From Candidatus Marinacidobacterales bacterium (lineage in GTDB: Bacteria; Acidobacteriota; Vicinamibacteria; Marinacidobacterales; DATDRI01): DNA of 64,000 nt. Positions 61,322 through 64,000 of the stretch are shown piece by piece. A program made the translations under genes and the position numbers. The notes under the pieces were generated by a model, which was not told the DNA's origin, searched no databases, and saw nothing but the letters and a program-made list of their open reading frames with translations. The stretch's first letter is position 1, and every line of letters begins with the position of its first letter. The stretch spans positions 448,001 through 512,000 of the forward strand of contig OZ244742.1 of assembly GCA_965219415.1 (NCBI GenBank). The letters run 5' to 3'.

Positions 61322-63286
61322 TTGGCAAGCAAACCATCAGCGAAGGGTGTGCTCAATGGTGCACGGGCATGGACTGCCAGCGATTCCAGTGAGCTCTACG
61401 ACGTAACCCGGTGGGGCAAGGGTTACTTTTCGGTCGGTGAGAACGGCCACCTTCTTGTGCATCCGAGCAAGGACCCTCGCCAAGCCATCGACTTGCGAGA
61501 GCTCACCGATACCCTCGTGCTACGCGGCATCTCTCCTCCAATCCTGATTCGCTTCGCCGACATCCTTAAGCATCGTCTGGGTGAGATGCATAGTGTTTTC
61601 AAGGAAGCCATGGAGGACCACGGCTACCAGGGAAATTACTGCCACGTCTATCCCATCAAGGTCAACCAGCAGCGTCAGGTCGTGGAAGAGGTCCTCGAAT
61701 TTGGCCGCCCCTACGGATACGGGCTGGAGGCAGGCTCCAAGGCGGAGCTCCTAGCGGTACTCGCCATTGCCGACAACGAGACCCCGATCGTTTGCAACGG
61801 GTTCAAAGACAACGAGTACATCGAGATGGTGATGCTCGCGAAGAAAATCGGCCGCAACGTCATACCCGTGGTGGAGAAGGCCACCGAACTGGACTTCATC
61901 ATTCGCCACTCCCGGCGCGTCGGGGTACGCCCTCGCATCGGCCTGCGCGTCCGGCTGGCGAGCCGAGGTGCCGGCCGGTGGACGGAGTCGGGTGGCTACC
62001 GGTCGAAGTTCGGCCTGACTGCAGGAGAGGCTCTGAGCGCTGTGGAGCGGTTGAAAGAAACCGGCATGGCCGACTGCATCGAGCTACTCCACTTCCACCT
62101 GGGAAGTCAGATCAGCGATATTCGCCAAATCAAGGCCGCGGTGATCGAAGGAGCCCGTATGTATGCGGAGCTGGCTCGCCACGGCGCGGGCATGAAGTTC
62201 ATTGACGTCGGTGGCGGCCTGGGCGTCGACTACGACGGCTCCCAGACCGACTTCGACTCCAGCGTGAACTATACGTTGCAGGAGTACGCGAACGACGTCG
62301 TCTTCCACGTTCAGAACGTGTGCGACGAGGTCGAGATCCCGCACCCCACCATTCTTTCTGAAAGCGGCCGAGCAATCGTCGCGTACCACAGTGTTCTAGT
62401 GTTCGACGTCCTAGGCGTCAGCGAGCTCGGCCCAAGGGAAGACCTGGACCTTCCCAAAGCCTCCGAAGACCACGAGCAGCCTGTCTACGATCTTCAGCAA
62501 ACTCATGACGAGCTCGATGTTGAGAACATTCTGGAAAGCTTCCACGATGCCCAGCAAGCCTTCGACCAAGTGCTGAACCTCTTCAGCCTGGGCTACCTGC
62601 CTCTCGAGCAGCGAGTACTGGCAGAGAACTTGTACTGGAGCATTCGCCGCCGCGTTTCGGAGCTCGCTTCCCAGCTCGAGTACGTGCCCGATGAGTTGGT
62701 GGGGCTCGAGTCGGCCTTATCCGACACGTACTTTTGCAACTTCTCGGTGTTCCAGAGCATGCCGGACGCCTGGGCAATCAAACAGCTCTTTCCGATCATG
62801 CCTATCCAACGCCTCGATGAGAAACCCCGTCGTGAGGCGGTACTCGGTGACATCTCCTGCGACTCCGATGGAAAAGTTGACCGTTTCATCGATCGCCGAG
62901 AGCTGAAGCAAACTCTGTCACTCCACCCTTTCGATGAGCCACCGTACTACATCGGTGCATTTCTCGTCGGCGCCTATCAGGAAATCCTTGGCGACCTCCA
63001 CAACCTTCTTGGAGATACCAACGCCGTTCACGTCAGCCTGGGCGACGACGGCAACGTCATCCTCGACACGGTGATCAAAGGCGACACCGTGCGCGAGGTC
63101 CTGAATTACGTCGAGTTCTCTGCTGAAAGCTTGCTCTCCGACTTCCGCCGGGACGTAGAGGCCGCGTTGAGAGAAGGCAAGATAGGCTACGAAGAATCGG
63201 GCCGCCTCCTGCGCTTCTATGAAGAAGGACTGGAAGGCTACACTTATCTAGAGGAGTCGCACGGCAGGGACTCTTCCGAGTCGTAG
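61322..63286 (+). CDS. speA: Biosynthetic arginine decarboxylase
   Basis: YPIKVNQ, EAGSK.EL, HFHLGSQ, GGGLGVDYDG, ESGRA, CDSDG. Confidence 0.96.
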   Translation: MASKPSAKGVLNGARAWTASDSSELYDVTRWGKGYFSVGENGHLLVHPSKDPRQAIDLRELTDTLVLRGISPPILIRFADILKHRLGEMHSVFKEAMEDHGYQGNYCHVYPIKVNQQRQVVEEVLEFGRPYGYGLEAGSKAELLAVLAIADNETPIVCNGFKDNEYIEMVMLAKKIGRNVIPVVEKATELDFIIRHSRRVGVRPRIGLRVRLASRGAGRWTESGGYRSKFGLTAGEALSAVERLKETGMADCIELLHFHLGSQISDIRQIKAAVIEGARMYAELARHGAGMKFIDVGGGLGVDYDGSQTDFDSSVNYTLQEYANDVVFHVQNVCDEVEIPHPTILSESGRAIVAYHSVLVFDVLGVSELGPREDLDLPKASEDHEQPVYDLQQTHDELDVENILESFHDAQQAFDQVLNLFSLGYLPLEQRVLAENLYWSIRRRVSELASQLEYVPDELVGLESALSDTYFCNFSVFQSMPDAWAIKQLFPIMPIQRLDEKPRREAVLGDISCDSDGKVDRFIDRRELKQTLSLHPFDEPPYYIGAFLVGAYQEILGDLHNLLGDTNAVHVSLGDDGNVILDTVIKGDTVREVLNYVEFSAESLLSDFRRDVEAALREGKIGYEESGRLLRFYEEGLEGYTYLEESHGRDSSES

Positions 63287-63299
63287 CACATTCTTCTGC

Positions 63300-63984
63300 T
63301 CAATAGCCCGTACAAAACTGAAAGTGCATGGGGTCCTTCGAGCGATAGGACCAGTCGCCACCCCATTTGAAACCGAAGCTTCGAAACACGTTGACAACTG
63401 CCTGATCCATGTCCCCTTTTCCTCCGGTCCAGTTGCTCTCCGGGTTCAGGTCGATCGAGATGCCCCAGGAGTGAGTGGACAGCTTGCCGTGGCTCCGCTT
63501 GCTGCGGAAATTGAAGCACCCGCCGTACGTTCGAATGGCTCCCCTCAGCCCCTCGACATCGAGCACGGAAAAGACCTCCGCAAACAGTTCTCCTAGACGC
63601 GAGTGGCAATAGAGCGAGCGGACCACTGTCGACGGCTCCCACGACAGTGGGATCGGGAACGGCAGTTGGGTCCTCGCCAGGTACTCCGATTCCCACCTGG
63701 GGTCTAGCGTCCCATCATCTAGGATGAAGTCATAGATATTGCCGAAGGTGGATAGGATTTCTGCCAGGCCATGAGGACGTACCAAGCCGCCGCGGCGCGG
63801 TAGACTCGCCCCCAAAAGCTCCCGCTTCGACGGAATCTCGATCGATTGTCCAACCCCAGATCCGGTCCGGGTCGAGGATGCCGTTGTAAAGCGCTAGCCT
63901 TTCGAGGCACTCCGTCTCCCTGTAGAAACGCTCCGCTATCTTCCTCAGCGTGTCTCGTGTCCTCACCCGATAGATCCGTGCCAT
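63300..63984 (-). pseudogene. LysM plus M15-family metallopeptidase, one frameshift
   Basis: LysM (YRV..RDTL.KIA, N.I.DPD.I); S.HSWG..ID.N and D.MHFQ; one extra base in the C4 run at 63854-63857. Confidence 0.85.
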
Positions 63985-64000
63985 AGAGTCTCTCCCGTGT

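Noticed and set aside
10042-63857. Programmed frameshifts in the TPR, FG-GAP-2, receptor and LysM genes
   Set aside because: Single-base changes in short homopolymers with no second copy to confirm; error or decay is simpler

Overview
64 kb of high-GC bacterial chromosome. Gene content (Oar-like TonB-dependent receptor, ASPIC/UnbV FG-GAP proteins, GWxTD, fused E1) suggests Acidobacteriota, which is inference. The window is dominated by nucleoside and nucleobase metabolism: a salvage block (upp, pdp, nupC, PNP, cdd, two hpt, rpiB, deoC), a selenium/molybdenum-hydroxylase accessory operon (yqeC, mocA, xdhC, carbamate kinase) with an ssnA-like gene nearby, and a pyrimidine-degradation block with an F420-type LLM oxidoreductase. 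Housekeeping genes follow (mlaDEF, uvrB, fabH, ispH, E1, ACAD, speA). There are two full ISL3 copies with 8-bp TSDs and one ISL3 end fragment. Most notable: (1) RpiB and DeoC both carry N-terminal extensions typical of microcompartment cargo, but no shell gene is in the window; (2) tandem NrdR-like boxes precede a purine-salvage hpt; (3) one ISL3 sits between the uvrB promoter and start codon; (4) accessory genes are widely eroded by deletions, perfect short tandem duplications and a nonsense codon while core genes are intact. Single-base homopolymer frameshifts may be sequencing errors. No rRNA, tRNA or CRISPR array was recognised. Family assignments come from motif recognition, not database searches.
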